NCBI GenBank assembly: GCA_012295275.1
Contig: CM022670.1
Span: forward strand, 15,810,001 to 15,874,000
Reading direction: 5' to 3'
Length of the DNA stretch: 64,000 nt
Source: Chrysomallon squamiferum
Taxonomy: Eukaryota; Animalia; Mollusca
Made by a program: the position numbers and the translations under genes. This document shows, piece by piece, positions 34,401 through 47,559 of the stretch (position 1 is the stretch's first letter; the number at the start of each line of letters is the position of its first letter). The notes beneath the pieces were generated by a model that was not told where the DNA came from, searched no databases, and was given only the letters and a program-made list of their open reading frames with translations.

Positions 34401-37400
34401 TATATACATAAAACAGATTTACTCTTCAAGAAAGTTTTGCTGTCTCCCAAGCACTGATCCTGGACGTGTGATTCTATTCCATGCGATGGCTTCGGTGGCT
34501 GTGAATTTATAATGCTTCATTAGGTAACAGCATATTAGTGTGCCGGTCCGACCTAGTCCAGCTGAAAATTAATTTAAATATTTACTTAGTAAATGAACAT
34601 CAGCACTTAAGTTTTAAACAAACTTTAATTGATGAATCTGAGAAAATATCAAAGCTCTACCTTTGCAGTGTACTGCAATCGTACGATAAGGACTTTCTGC
34701 TATTTGTAAGAATTTCTGGATAATTTTGTCGCTTGGAACACTGCCATCTTCAAAATAAAGGTCATAAAACTCGAATCCAGCTCTTACAAAGGTGTTGGCA
34801 TCATATTTCTTTTGATTTAGTCGTATGATTGTTGACACATTATGATTTTGTAAAATGGGGATATAATCTTCAGGTGCAAATGACAGATATCCTGAAAAGA
34901 AGATTAAATGATTATTCATATATTCTATTTACAGTAATCACATTTTATTCAAATTCACATCTGAAAGTATACTCGTTTAAGAATTTACATGACATTTCAG
35001 ATTGACATTTCAGTTTGCATTTCAATACCAGTTAAAGTAGCCAATTTTCTTGAAGTGTTCATAACCAATTTTCTTTTTTTCAACTTTTTTTTCTGAATAA
35101 GGGTCATCCACTTAATTGACACACTATGTTAACCACTTATGACTCACTGTAACAATGTTCCTAAATATCACTATCAACTTTTCTTTGGAATGCATTTTTC
35201 AGAAATATTTTAAAAATGTTATAGTGAACTGAAAAACAACATTTTGAATATTTTAATTTGTGATGATTGTAAATATCAAAATATGATGTTTTGGTGTTCT
35301 ACAAGAAAATACATAAAAATAGAAGGAATAAAATATTTCAGTGCACTATTAAATTAATAAACATACTTATAACCTGACACATGTTATATTTCAGTATGAA
35401 CAAACAATAACTTGTAAGTAAATGACTAAAACGAACAAACAAACAAACAAAAAAAAAACAAATTTAAGAAAGAAGAAACAACTTGTTTGTGAAAATAAGA
35501 CAAGAAGAAAGTGTTCTTAGCAACTACAAGCAAGAGTGTTAAAAAAATAGTAGTCTGTTTTTCTTTCTCTTTTTAGAGCTGCATCATAATCATGAATACA
35601 GAACATTTTTAATAAATATGGAAAGGCATGCCACACAAAGTGAGTAAGCTTGATTTGAAGTGAAATATTTCTCAGTCATACCAAACTCCAAACTGCTCTT
35701 TGGATATGGTCCACTGTAAGGTAGATATTTGTTGGGAAAAATCCAGTTGTGATCTTCATTTTCTACTCACTACAGGGCCAAACAGAATACATGAAAAATT
35801 AGTAACAATGATAAGAAATATCTTTGGTCTCACAAGTTAAATTGCATTCTCAACTGAATTTCCCTAGAATCATTTATAAGTATGCTATCATTAAAATTAA
35901 TCAATTTCTCTTAACTGAAATTCTTAATTACGTGAGCACAACTTAAATATGAGACAAGAATAGGAAATAATGGCATGAATGTGTACTGCAAAAATCAAAA
36001 ATAATTTTATACAAAGTCCATTTGGTTGTGGATAGAAAAACATGTACCTGCAGTTTAATCAGAGCTGATTGCTTCAGCACCAATTAATCTTGTGTAGAAA
36101 ACTTAATAAGAAATTAAAACCTTTTTGTTTTGTCAAGCACATGTCAGAAAAAGATTATTTATTTGCTATCTCAGAAATAGTTGTAACTTAAATAAGATCA
36201 AAAATTGTTTTCCAACACTATCACTTTTAATTTACTGTAATTCTAGTTTAAATACATTCTTCTAAATTATTCATGTGCTGTTTTTGAAATGCAGAAATAA
36301 AAATTACTCCATTAAAATACTAAGAAATTAGAAAAGATTTTTAATTAATACTTAACACATAATTGAAAAATAGAAAAAGAAAAAATCTCATGTAGGAATA
36401 ATAATTTCAACACACAATTTTAAAAGTCTGAAACAATACAATAAAAAAATAAAATATTGTAAGTTGATATATATATATTTTTCAAAACCAACAGTAACAA
36501 AAAATAAAAGAAAAAAGAGCTGTTCAAATTTAACTAGCAAATGTTTCAACAATCAACAAAGAAAACAAAATGTAATAGACTGGCAGCAATTTTATATGTG
36601 AGTTTTGACTGATTTTAGCTTGAGGGACATTGTTTTCACATTTCTTAAAAATGATAAATATACATTGACATATGAAATTTTTAAGAAAATGAAACATAAA
36701 TTTAAAATATTTCTGGAAAAGGTGTAAGTCTTCTTAGATGGCTGCATTATTCTTCAGTTGTTAAAAATAAATTTAAATTAATTTTCTAATTTTTTTTAAC
36801 AATATTAAACTGTTTAATAAAATAAACAAATAAATAAATATTTCTGGCTGGCATTTCACAAAACCAAAATAACATGCAATGGCATTAGTATTAAAAATAC
36901 AAACATGAACTATGATGTAGGATCTTTAAACTATGCCGTATTATCATTTCATACCTTTATCATCTATCTCTGTTGTACACCGAGGCCCACAAAATGCTAA
37001 AAGCTTGTTTGGGATCACCCAGTGCAAATCTCCATTGTGAACCTTCTGTAATATAGTTTTAAAATCCTAATGTCACCAAGGAATGTTATTTCCAGTGTTC
37101 TTAAATGTCTAAGATACTTTGTTTTCCCCCCCACCATATATTATATAAATTATCTAACATGCTGAAAATAAACCAAAATATATAAAAAAAAGGTGAGTGT
37201 TTACTCAGAATGTTTTATGGATATATGTGGTTTTTCTTCTTAATCTCAAAATAATCTGTAAAATGCACAAATTTAATAAAATAGCTCTGTCCCTCATGGT
37301 TTTGGGCTGTTTACTTTTAAAGATTTTTGCAATGATAATGGTTGCTCACTGGGTGGCAGCAGCATGTTTCCTCTCTCTTATCAACTGTTAATATTACACT

Positions 37401-40400
37401 GAGTAACAAGAGTTTACTTAAATATTATCTACACAATGTTACCATGATGTTAAATATAAATCATTTGTACTCCAAGTTTCAGTTACAGTAAAATTATACA
37501 TATGGAACAATACTTTTAAATATTTACATCTTTCACTGAAACTTTTGACTTATTACTTATTAAAGTATAATTGCTTAGACTGAATTAAATTTAGTAACTT
37601 ATATCTTTTATGGATACGTACATCATAAAACTTGTAATTTGAGATGTCGAAATTATGGAAATCAAAAAGACCATTGTCCTGAGCCTAGCAAAATAACAAT
37701 AACACACATAAAACAACAATTAAGAAACTCACTTCTGCCATTCAAGAAAATATTTCTGGTCTGTTTAATTTAAAAACATGGAGGAAAATAAAACTCATAA
37801 ATTTCCACATACCTACATAACTTCTCTGTGGTATTTTATTAATATTTAAAAAAAATATTTGCACTAAAACTGGCAGAACCTATTTAGTCAAATAGTAATC
37901 AAATGTAAGTTTAAATCAATATACCATCATACCACTTTATCAGAACAGTTTTTAATTGATTTCAGTCTCACTTTTTTTACATTCTATTTAACTGATGATT
38001 TTATACAAAATTCAACTCTGGTAAGACAGTAGATTTTAGTAGATTTTAAAAAAGATATGCCAGTTTATTTTATAATAAAATTTAATTCTCTTATATCTAG
38101 GTATTTTGATGTGTAAAATTTACTTTTTTCATTGCTTTGAAGCAATCCAGCAAGGTAAGATTATAAGAGCAAGATCCATATCCTGCGTCCCTGGAAAATA
38201 ATAAAAAAAAAAATTATAATACTGTAGACATTACTGCATAATTTTTAATTCTTTACAGCTATTGTGTTTTTCAAGATCTATGTACAGATACTTTTTAGGA
38301 CCTTTTGCAATTCAGGGAAGGAAAGTATCAACAGTACAATTATTTTGTCTACTGTTTTTAATCAGATATTTCCCCTGGGGGTTGTTTCTTCTAAAATTAC
38401 TTTTAATCAAACAATGATATATTAATTTTATGGCAGTTATATTAAAAGTTAAAGCACAGCTTTGTTTTTAATCAAGTGGATTTATTTGATTTTGTTAGAA
38501 AAATAATGTAATAATAAGAAGAAAGGCACACAAACAGAAAAGCTTGATTTAAATCACCCAACCATATCTCTAACCATTTTGTTTTGTAATTACAAAACAC
38601 AAAATAAGAAAATAAAGCCCTATTGAGTGTAAAATCACACAGAACTTTTTAATGAAGGTCAAGGCTGACAAGTTATAATCAAGATCAACATCCAAGAAGA
38701 AAATCAAAAGTGACTTTAGAAAGCAGTAAACTTTCCCCTCAATGAAATTAATGTACAAAAGCATGCTAATTTATGTTGTTCAAAACATATGTTATAATAA
38801 TAATAATAACTAAATATAGGGTAAATATAAATGACATACATTTCATCAAAGCAATTATTAATTTACTTTGCAAATATCATTATGTAATTGTTTGAATAAA
38901 AAAATTCACTACTTATTAAGACAGCTCATTTCCTTGAATAAATGAAATGTCACAACATATTATATTAATCAAAAACATACAAAAAGAATTGATTATTGAA
39001 AACTGTTTGCAAATATTAAATTCCATGCTTTATGTAAATCAATGTACAGATTTAATACCTTCATGCTAAATACATGAAATCAATATTGAGCTAATATTTC
39101 AGCTTGGGCAGTTTCTGTGTCAGTTATATTACATCCCATCAAGGTCGCATCATGTTCAAATACACATATGAAGACAAGTAATTAGCAGTTACATGTGATC
39201 AGTTATTATTATTATTATTATTACTATATCAAAGTTTATACTGAAATCCAAGACAAGTACATGAATATATAAATAACTGAATGACAAAGTATGTCTTACC
39301 TGAATGGCCGGAATGGCTGATCTGCTGCTGCAACAAGCATGTCATAGGTTTCTTCTGGTGTTTTATTCAAACATAGAATCTGAAAATGGAAAATATTCAA
39401 CATATAAATAAAAGGCCATAATTTAATCTCAGACAATGGTGACTTTTCTTGTTGTTTTTTTTTATTTTTTTTATTTAAATATCAACAAAATCTGTATTAT
39501 ATGCATGACATTTATAAATTATGATTGAGTATTTTGTAAGGCTTGCATTCATATCAAACTTATACATTATACAGTCTACATTATTAATGGTATCTTAGTC
39601 CAGAATAGAACAAAACAGAATGTACAATATATACTTACAGCATAACAGCCAATCAAGAAGGCTGCATTGGCATGTTTTTCTGAATTACAACTGGTAAAAT
39701 ACACAATTTTTTTGTTTGTCAAACACTGAAAACAAAAAATAAACTATTAAGTGTTGTGATTCATAAATTATTTTTATTTTACATTTTTAAAAAAATACAA
39801 AGAACCACATCCTAAATATAAACTATATTTACCCTCAGAAGTAGTCACCATTTACAGCATTAACAGAAATATATAAAAAAATGTATTTTTCTATGATAGC
39901 AACTTTAACCCTATGTCAATAAAATTCCGTTATTTCTAACATCATATGTAATTATTTTCAACATTTAAAGCTGTGTATTGTTTTTATTATTAAGAACAAA
40001 TAGTATACCAGTAGTAAAATAACAAATACATAATTAATGTTTTAATTTACTTCAAAATTGAAAACTGTGAGATAATATATCTGTATCAGAGAAAAAAAAA
40101 TTACACATCTTCTTTCCTCAAAATTATTTATGAACATGAATTATATTAAAAATTTCTGATACAAAAGCCTATTACAGTTGGCAGTGTTCATGGAAACAAC
40201 AAATTTTCAGCACTGATTCACACAAAGACCCACTAAAAATATGTAATTCTGAGTAAAAGTTCATGTGATTATCTCAGTTTGTTCTCAAATGCATAAATTC
40301 TTACATTTAGTAACCTCTCCAACTTGTGGCAAAATCTAAAAACATATCCTAAATTTAGAGGCCCGAAGTCAGAATTGATCCTGAAACAAAGCAATGAAAT

Positions 40401-42705
40401 AATAATAATATGCCAACAATTCAAATACCAAAGCTGGTAAATCAATATTAGTGAATTTTGGATCAAATTTTATTTTAATAGAATTTCAGAAATCTGAAAT
40501 TATAAATCATATTAGTGAATAAATAATTTGGTTTCTCTGCATTAAAAATTAGAAATAAATTTTTACTGATAAATAAATGCAAGTGTTTCTGCCATCATCT
40601 CTTGGATCTATGACCACCAATATCCACAGACATACCCTGATACTTCATATATTTAGAATAATATTTCCAAACCACACTGCAAATTTCTGAGGTACTATAC
40701 TCAGATACTGTAATTGTAGGTAAACTTGAGAATACAACTGAATAATACACTGAAAGACTTGGATCAGGCATTGTTTGTTTTGATTTCATCAACACTCTGA
40801 AAAAACTGGAAGACAGATAAAATTTGAAAAATTTATAGTCAATGACCACCAAAGTATTCAACTGTTCAGTGACTTGTTCAAAGATCTGTGTTGTGTTAAA
40901 ATAAATATTTTTTTTTTAAACACATTTGGCTTTTTTGTCTAATTTCTTCTTCACAAAGTTTTACTACTCACTAAAGTTTATCATTTCTCACTGACTCGAG
41001 ACAGAGAAGTCACTTCTCCCTGTTTTTTATGTCTAGTGTTTACTATTAAATTAAAATGAACTGGAAACTATTTCATCTGAACACAGCAAAATTATTTATA
41101 GATTTGTGTACATGCAGAAGATTAAAAACCTTTGTTATGACAATATTCTTGTCATTGACAAATATAATTTAAGGTAACTACCAGCAATTAAGAGAGAATG
41201 ACTATTAACAAAGTCCAAATGATGTCAAGTAATCATGCTTATAAAAGTGCATCTTCAGACTGATGAATTAAGCATTTTATTAATTGTATATACAGTACAT
41301 GCTTCTCTTTCTTTCTTTTTTGAGATATCAAACATTTAATTAATTTTGTCATCAGGTTTTGGATGTAACTGCAGAAACATTATACAATATGTGATCCTCA
41401 ACAAAACTGCATTTAAGACAGATTTTCTAAAGATCTTTCACATTTTGTGCAAACCATTCTAGAAAAGCTTATCATGTCTGTCTTTTTTTTAATGCTAACA
41501 TTAGCCTAAATATATTTGCTATATTTATGGACAATAATCTTTGCTTTTTGTTAATAAACAATAGTCTATTTTTAACAATAGAATAAAATTCTAAATTAGT
41601 CAGTAACACATCAGAGAAAATGCCAATATAAAAACAAATAAATTTTAATTTGACACATCAATTTAAAATTTGCCTGAAATAAATGTTAAAATAATTATTT
41701 GGCTTTATGATATACAGTTATGATACCAAGCTTTTAAATTTTCACAAATAATATTATAATTAAGATTTTATCTGACAATAAAATGTACTTTTCAAGTTCC
41801 ATCTTCAAATAATTTAAACGATCAATTTCTACTTATAAACTATAACCAGCATTACACAAAAGTATAATAAAAAAAGACTCTCTACATTATTTAACCAGAT
41901 CATAAATTTATACTTACTTGTCATATTTGAACTTCTTATCAGTAGAGAAATAATAAATTCCTGAGGTCGGCTTTGGCGACTTCTTTAAGCTTACAAAATA
42001 CAAATGTCCTGTAAAATAAAAGTTATACCTTATATTGCTTCTGAAAAAAGAAAAAGGCACAGCACATAATTTGATGGAAGTATGTAATAATTGTAACAAT
42101 ACATGTTTAAGAATTCTATTTCTTTCTTGTTTTTAAAATATAACTAATCATAACAGTGAACACAAAAGTAATGGACCTTTAAAGTATCAGAATGTAGACT
42201 ATTAAAAATAATAATTTGTAAAACAATTTATTGTCATTAAACTTTATTTTTTTAATCTTATTTAAAGTAGGGGAAAGAACTCTAAATCAGGACTTTTTTT
42301 TTTTTTTTTTTTTTTTTAAAACAAACCCGGCAATGGAAGTAAACATATAAACGGATGCCATCTTTACTAAAAAAGAAATTAAACATCCCTATATACAAGT
42401 CAGACTTTTGGTTGATTCAAAACAAAAAATCTAGCTCGTATTAATAGACACAATAAATGAATAATTACGTGTTCAAATGCCATCATATGATCATTCCAAA
42501 CGCGGACCAAAACAACATAAACATAAATAATAATTTACTGTCGATATTAAGGTTAGGTAATCCTTTAGAAATAAAAAATTAAAAAATCATATAAAACTGT
42601 ATAAACCCGTTTTCTTTTGTCCAACTTATCATGTCGATAACTTTTTCCAACGATAAAACAGGCACCTACGCTGTCGCGATTAGCGGTGTACATCATGTAC
42701 TTCAT
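31445..42705 (-). CDS. CDC14: CDC14-family dual-specificity protein phosphatase (divergent), ~470 aa using exon 8a and skipping the stop-containing exons
   Basis: Exons on minus: candidate e1 42705-42642 ([21 protein letters not shown]; weak donor, uncertain), 42008-41918 (HLYF...YYFSTD), 40380-40305 (DFGPLNL), 39725-39639 ([11 protein letters not shown]), 39379-39300 (KTPEE...PFR), 38190-38124 (DAGYG...LLDC), 37684-37622, 37045-36955 (e8a), 34891-34661 (IIRLN...FEDGSVPSD...AVHCK), 34561-34423 (AGLGRTG...RPGSVLG.QQ), 34139-34013, 33661-33570 (TQGDKL), 33133-33014, 31532-31445 (...SKKLVF*). Phases chain correctly and the HCKAGLGRTG active site is intact. The 5' and 3' ends are less certain. 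Confidence 0.9.
31670..32060 (+). mobile_element. Decayed Tc1/mariner transposase fragment in the last CDC14 intron
   Basis: Peptides [21 protein letters not shown]...DNVLQ (cf. Tc1 GGGSVMVWGGIS) and [23 protein letters not shown] (cf. Tc1 C-terminal L..L..EW..I...LV). The DDE core between them is deleted or degenerate. Confidence 0.75.
32245..32373 (-). other. 129-nt symmetric (phase 2-2) CDC14 cassette exon candidate with one in-frame TAG
   Basis: Acceptor ttatcttccag, donor gtaagt. Reads [43 protein letters not shown], with TAG at 32345-32343. Confidence 0.55.
35682..35769 (-). other. Duplicated alternative CDC14 exon (8b) beginning with in-frame TGA; poison exon or pseudoexon
   Basis: ccctgtag|TGA GTA GAA AAT GAA GAT CAC AAC TGG ... 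AGT GGA CCA TAT CCA AAG AGC AGT TTG GAG TTT G|gtatga = [29 protein letters not shown]. 88 nt, phase 0 to 1, the same phases as exon 8a. Confidence 0.85.
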
Positions 42706-43900
42706 GCGAGACAAAAATGTTACTTGTAAATAAAAATTTATCGTGAACGGCACCGATCTATTTTTGGAAATATATGTAACTTCTGACCTTTGCATAAGTT
42801 TTGTTTATAAAATATAAATAAATAAAATGACATACTTTTTCCGAAAACTTGATAGGCGTCGCTCACTAGACGTGTTTGGATTGCATGGAACCGTTTTTCG
42901 TTCACCACCGGTTACAACAGTAGCATGGTTGACTGTGTTATCGTAGGAAGCAATTGACAGTTTTATAATTACACTGGCAGTATTGAACAACATTTAATAA
43001 TAATAGAAGTCAGTAAAAGTTATTTTAATGAGAGAGTTATCCATTATCTCCTTATTAGTATTTAAAAAAAAAAAAAAAAAGGGGGCAATGACTGAATCGT
43101 GTGAACGAGTTTTATTTTAACACTTAATTTTGACGTCATGGTTTTGGCAACGCTTTAAAATTATGCAAATGAAATCGACGCATAATGATAAACAATACTG
43201 ATCGAAATTCACCTGGAATAAATTCACAGTAAATCCTAATTGTGTCGAGTTCATTCATCACGACTTTGTATATGTTATATAATTCAAGACGATCGCCGAT
43301 GTTGCGAAGCTGCGATTACTATGGTATTTACTGTCCACCTTGGAGTACAAAAAATTCCAGTTTATTGAAGTCTTAATCCTGGATGCGTGGCAGTACGAAT
43401 GAACACGAATGCTTAACGAATAATAAGTTATTTTCACTGTAGTAATAATAATATCCTTGCCTTGTAAATAAATGTAACACCGTATCACCAGTTTGTCTTG
43501 ACATACAATTTGAAAAGATAGAAGTGACAAACACTTGCACGTGACCAACTTTCAACCAATCGCTTACAAGAGCTGTCGCCGGAGACAATTTGGATTGATC
43601 AATCCACTGTTTGGTGCAGTGGTTATCAAATGGTGTGCCCCACGAAATTCTAAGATCTAGGTTGATATTTGTGATGATAAAAAAATTGATTATGTTAAGA
43701 GCGGAAGGATATCCAGTAAGAAATAGCCGGTTGCCAGGAAGAAGATTTTATACACTTTGTAAACTCGTTTAAAACGAGTTTTGGCTGATGAGCAAGCATG
43801 GCTGCTCAAGGCTGCGCAATAGTTTACCAGTGACAGTATCAGTGATAGGGTGCGCAAGAGTGATAAATAGCCAAAATTTTCTTGTGACACATATTCTTAC
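42300..43900. promoter_or_regulatory. CpG-retaining promoter region at the CDC14 5' end
   Basis: CpG dinucleotides reappear abruptly relative to the CpG-poor CDC14 introns. E-box CACGTG followed by CCAAT at ~43538-43560. Confidence 0.45.
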
Positions 43901-44153
43901 CACTGTCACAGTCACTACCCATCTAAAACTTTAATACTTTATGGAATTTTAGCCTATTATAGTGTTAAATTTGTTAAAAATAAACGATTGATAAAAGTTT
44001 TCCCTCACTGCACAATGCACACCATTACAAATATAGCCTTTGTATAGTTTTTTGACAAATTAACTATCCATTGCTTTGTATTTCATATTACAATATTTTT
44101 GAAAAAATTGTCAAACTTCTCATCAGCACAAAACAGATGATGAATAAAATATA

Positions 44154-44369
44154 CTCACATAAGGGCGGTAACTCTAAATATATCAGTGAACATCTCTCAA
44201 CAAGGGCGGTAACTAAATATATCGGTGAACGTCTCTCACAGAAGGGCGGTAACTCTAAATATATCAGTGAACGTCTCACACAAAGGCGATAACTCTAAAT
44301 ATATCGGTGAATATTGTCTCACATAAGGGCGATAACTCTAAATATATCGGTGAACATCTCTCATAGAAG
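44154..44369. repeat. ~41-bp minisatellite, 5 copies
   Basis: Unit aagggcggtaactctaaatatatcggtgaacgtctctcac starts at 44161, 44202, 44242, 44282 and 44325. Confidence 0.9.
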
Positions 44370-44708
44370 AAAAACAAACGGTACAGATTCCAGACGAAAT
44401 GAGGAAGAATCTGATATAGATGTAGACAATGATTATTAACCGTTGTAAATATGTATTTAAATATTTTTTCATTACATGTAATTCTTTGCAAACTATGGCT
44501 ATTGTTTATGTCATCAAGAGTTGTCAGTTTTCCATAATTATTCTAGCTATAAAATATATTGAAACATTTGAAAAGTTATAAAATAAAAATTAAACAGTTT
44601 AATAAAGCATATAAAATAAATTTACTATTTTTGTTTATTGATTAATCTACTTATTATTATGGTTATTATTATCATCTCCATAATAGAAAACAAAGAATTA
44701 AAATTGAC

Positions 44709-44747
<39 letters not shown>

Positions 44748-45499
44748 TTTAAGTTTTTCTCCAAAGTTTCAGTTCAGTTTAGAACAATTAGCAAATGAAA
44801 GATATAGTGACCAGTACTAGTATATTTTACAGATAATTAATTTTTTTTTTTTTTTTTTTTCATAATACTCAATATTTGTTTTCTTTTCATAAATAGATAA
44901 AGAAATGGAAGAAAAACTGGTTTAAACTAATCTGTGTGGTGAATTTAGAGTGACCTGAATGGCAACACCATTTGGAAATTATTTTGCTATTACTATCATT
45001 AACAGGATTATTATTGTTGTTGTGGCTTAATTAATGCCACTGACATTTTTTCTTTTTATTCTCTTATTTTTTTTTGGGGGGGAAGTGTGTTTTTTTTTTT
45101 AAATTAATTAATATTGTTATATTTTTATTCAGTCTATGGGGTTTTTTAAAATTTATTTGCACCATCAGTATTAAACATATATTCAGATAAAGAAAAAATA
45201 ATTATTATTATATTTTGTGTGTGTTTTGTTTGTACGTTAAAATACACACATATAAATTAATAAAAAGTGACAATAATTAGAAATTAAAAAAAAAAAAGTC
45301 ACCTCTACATTTATTCCACCTGTTTGAAGGGAGACAACACCATTTTGTTTAATCATACTACAATAGTTAGATTTAGTTGACACGGATTATGCGCATATAA
45401 CAATATTCCTTAAAGACTGAGTTACCATATATCTCAAATCATACCATTACAGAGTATCAATAATCAAAATGATTGTTTTTATTGTTGTTCGCCTTCATC

Positions 45500-45522
45500 G
45501 TCTTCTTCTTCTTCTTCTTCTT

Positions 45523-45584
<62 letters not shown>

Positions 45585-45585
45585 T
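45500..45585. repeat. (TTC)n-(TTA)n compound microsatellite
   Basis: Directly visible. Confidence 0.9.
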
Positions 45586-46777
45586 ATTAATAATCTTACA
45601 GTCGTTATTTATTTATTAACAAATGTTCAAAAGTAAAATTTAAATTTTTTTGTAATATATTAACATTCTGAAAACAAAAATAAAAATATTATTAGCAATA
45701 CGTTCATCCAAACCTTCAGAAACAATTCAGTTTTAGTACCGAACTATTGTTTCATTACTTTAGCGCCCGCTTATCAACTAACGTTGATTGTTAAAATAAA
45801 ATCTGACACTCACGTAAATATATATAATACATTTGTACCCAATTACAAAGGTTTCTATATAAACAATGACATACAAATAAACAAACCAAAATAAAAGTTC
45901 TGACAGTAATAATAAGGATATAACAGGATTTGTAACGTTTTGTTTTGCAATAAAAAATAAATTAAAACGGCTTTGATGAACCTGAAATAGCTGCGATATT
46001 GTTTTCATTTAATGCCCATATTAAAGCTGAATTAAATTACTGATGCATACAGATTATAGATAGCCCCCAGAGGGTTGAAGTATTTTGATTTATTTTTATT
46101 TTTATTTTTGTATTTATTTATTTCCTAATTAAAGGCATATTATATACAGTTTAGTCAAACGAAGTCTAGATCAGTGTTTACGAGAGATAGTGACAGGAGA
46201 GAGAGTTCTAAAAATATATCAGTGGATATAAAGTGAGCAAACAGACTGAAATAATCTATATTTTCTGATTCAAAGCAAACGTGGTTAATATTACGTGCAG
46301 CATAAATTCTGCACTTTATCTCTGCATAACGGAACTAACGAAACTCTACATTAGTGCTGAATCACGGCAGGACGCGATCACGTAAACACCGATAATATTA
46401 ACTTGACATACGCAGTACACATATTCTGTACTTCAGCGGCGTAATACTGAATTAACAGAACGTCGCCTGAATGAAAACAGACTTCTGTGTCACACGGGGA
46501 CACTTGAAAGACGTGTACTGTGTGGAATAACTGGTGTTTGCATGACTCCACGCGTGTTATAAAAATTGTAATTTATAGTCGCACGACGTAAAAGTTACAC
46601 CACTTCTTCACAGAGGCCGCATAAACGAGTCTCGGTATCTCTGACACACGCGTACCCTGCTGTGAGGCGAGGCCGTGTTCCTGCAGAGATATTACCACAA
46701 CATTTTCTTTGATCTCTAGGTCATTTCTACGGATGGGTGGCGAGGATGGAGTGAGAGATGCTCAATACCCTACACAA

Positions 46778-46810
<33 letters not shown>

Positions 46811-46893
46811 ATAAACATTTTAAAAAGTTATATTGTTACGGTAAAGATGAAGAAGCACTGTAAAAAAAAACTAAATGTTCTAATTTGTATTTT

Positions 46894-46937
<44 letters not shown>

Positions 46938-47179
46938 AAGTGTTGTTGACTCGTCAGAATTGAAACAGTTTAATAAGTAAACGAATTTCATAGTATCTGG
47001 GTTTTTTTTTTATTATTATTATTATTATTATACTGGCCATTTTATTTATGTCTTTTTACGTGCATGTAAACTACAACAAATTTCAACAACAACAAAAAAT
47101 ATTGATCAACGACTACAAGTAATAATATTACAACATGAAAAGCAAATGCCTTTCCTATTGCCACCCAAAACAAATTTAA

Positions 47180-47212
<33 letters not shown>

Positions 47213-47559
47213 AAATACAAATCGCATCAGGATTTTTATTGTTAATGTTGTTGTTGTTTTTTTTTTTTTATATTTGTTATTATATATGTGTGATAAAAAA
47301 ATTTTTGTCGAGATAGAAACAAATCTAAGTTCTGAAAACATTCATGTATTTTACAGTGACATTAACAAAGATGCGAAAAAAAGGTAAATACTATGCAACC
47401 ACAGCAAACAGTTCAGACCTAACATACAAAGCGAAAAATGAAATTTCCAATATGTCGGTCTGTCATTGCCATAACGTATTTAAACAAGACATACAGAGTG
47501 TCTGTGTAAATGACTTCAAACAAGTCTTCTGGACACCGACTCACAGGTTGAAATGTAAA

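Noticed and set aside
35767-35769. Selenocysteine reading of the TGA in CDC14 exon 8b
   Set aside because: The position corresponds to Arg/Lys rather than Cys and I could not identify a SECIS; CGA>TGA deamination is simpler.
42565-42795. Whole 76-aa ORF as CDC14 exon 1
   Set aside because: Only the DSVGACFIV part resembles a CDC14 N-terminus, and the donor at CGG|gtttat is phase 0 while exon 2 needs phase 1; the exon 1 boundary remains uncertain.
44154-44369. CRISPR-like regular repeats
   Set aside because: Units are head-to-tail with no unique spacers, there are no cas genes and the context is eukaryotic; it is a minisatellite.
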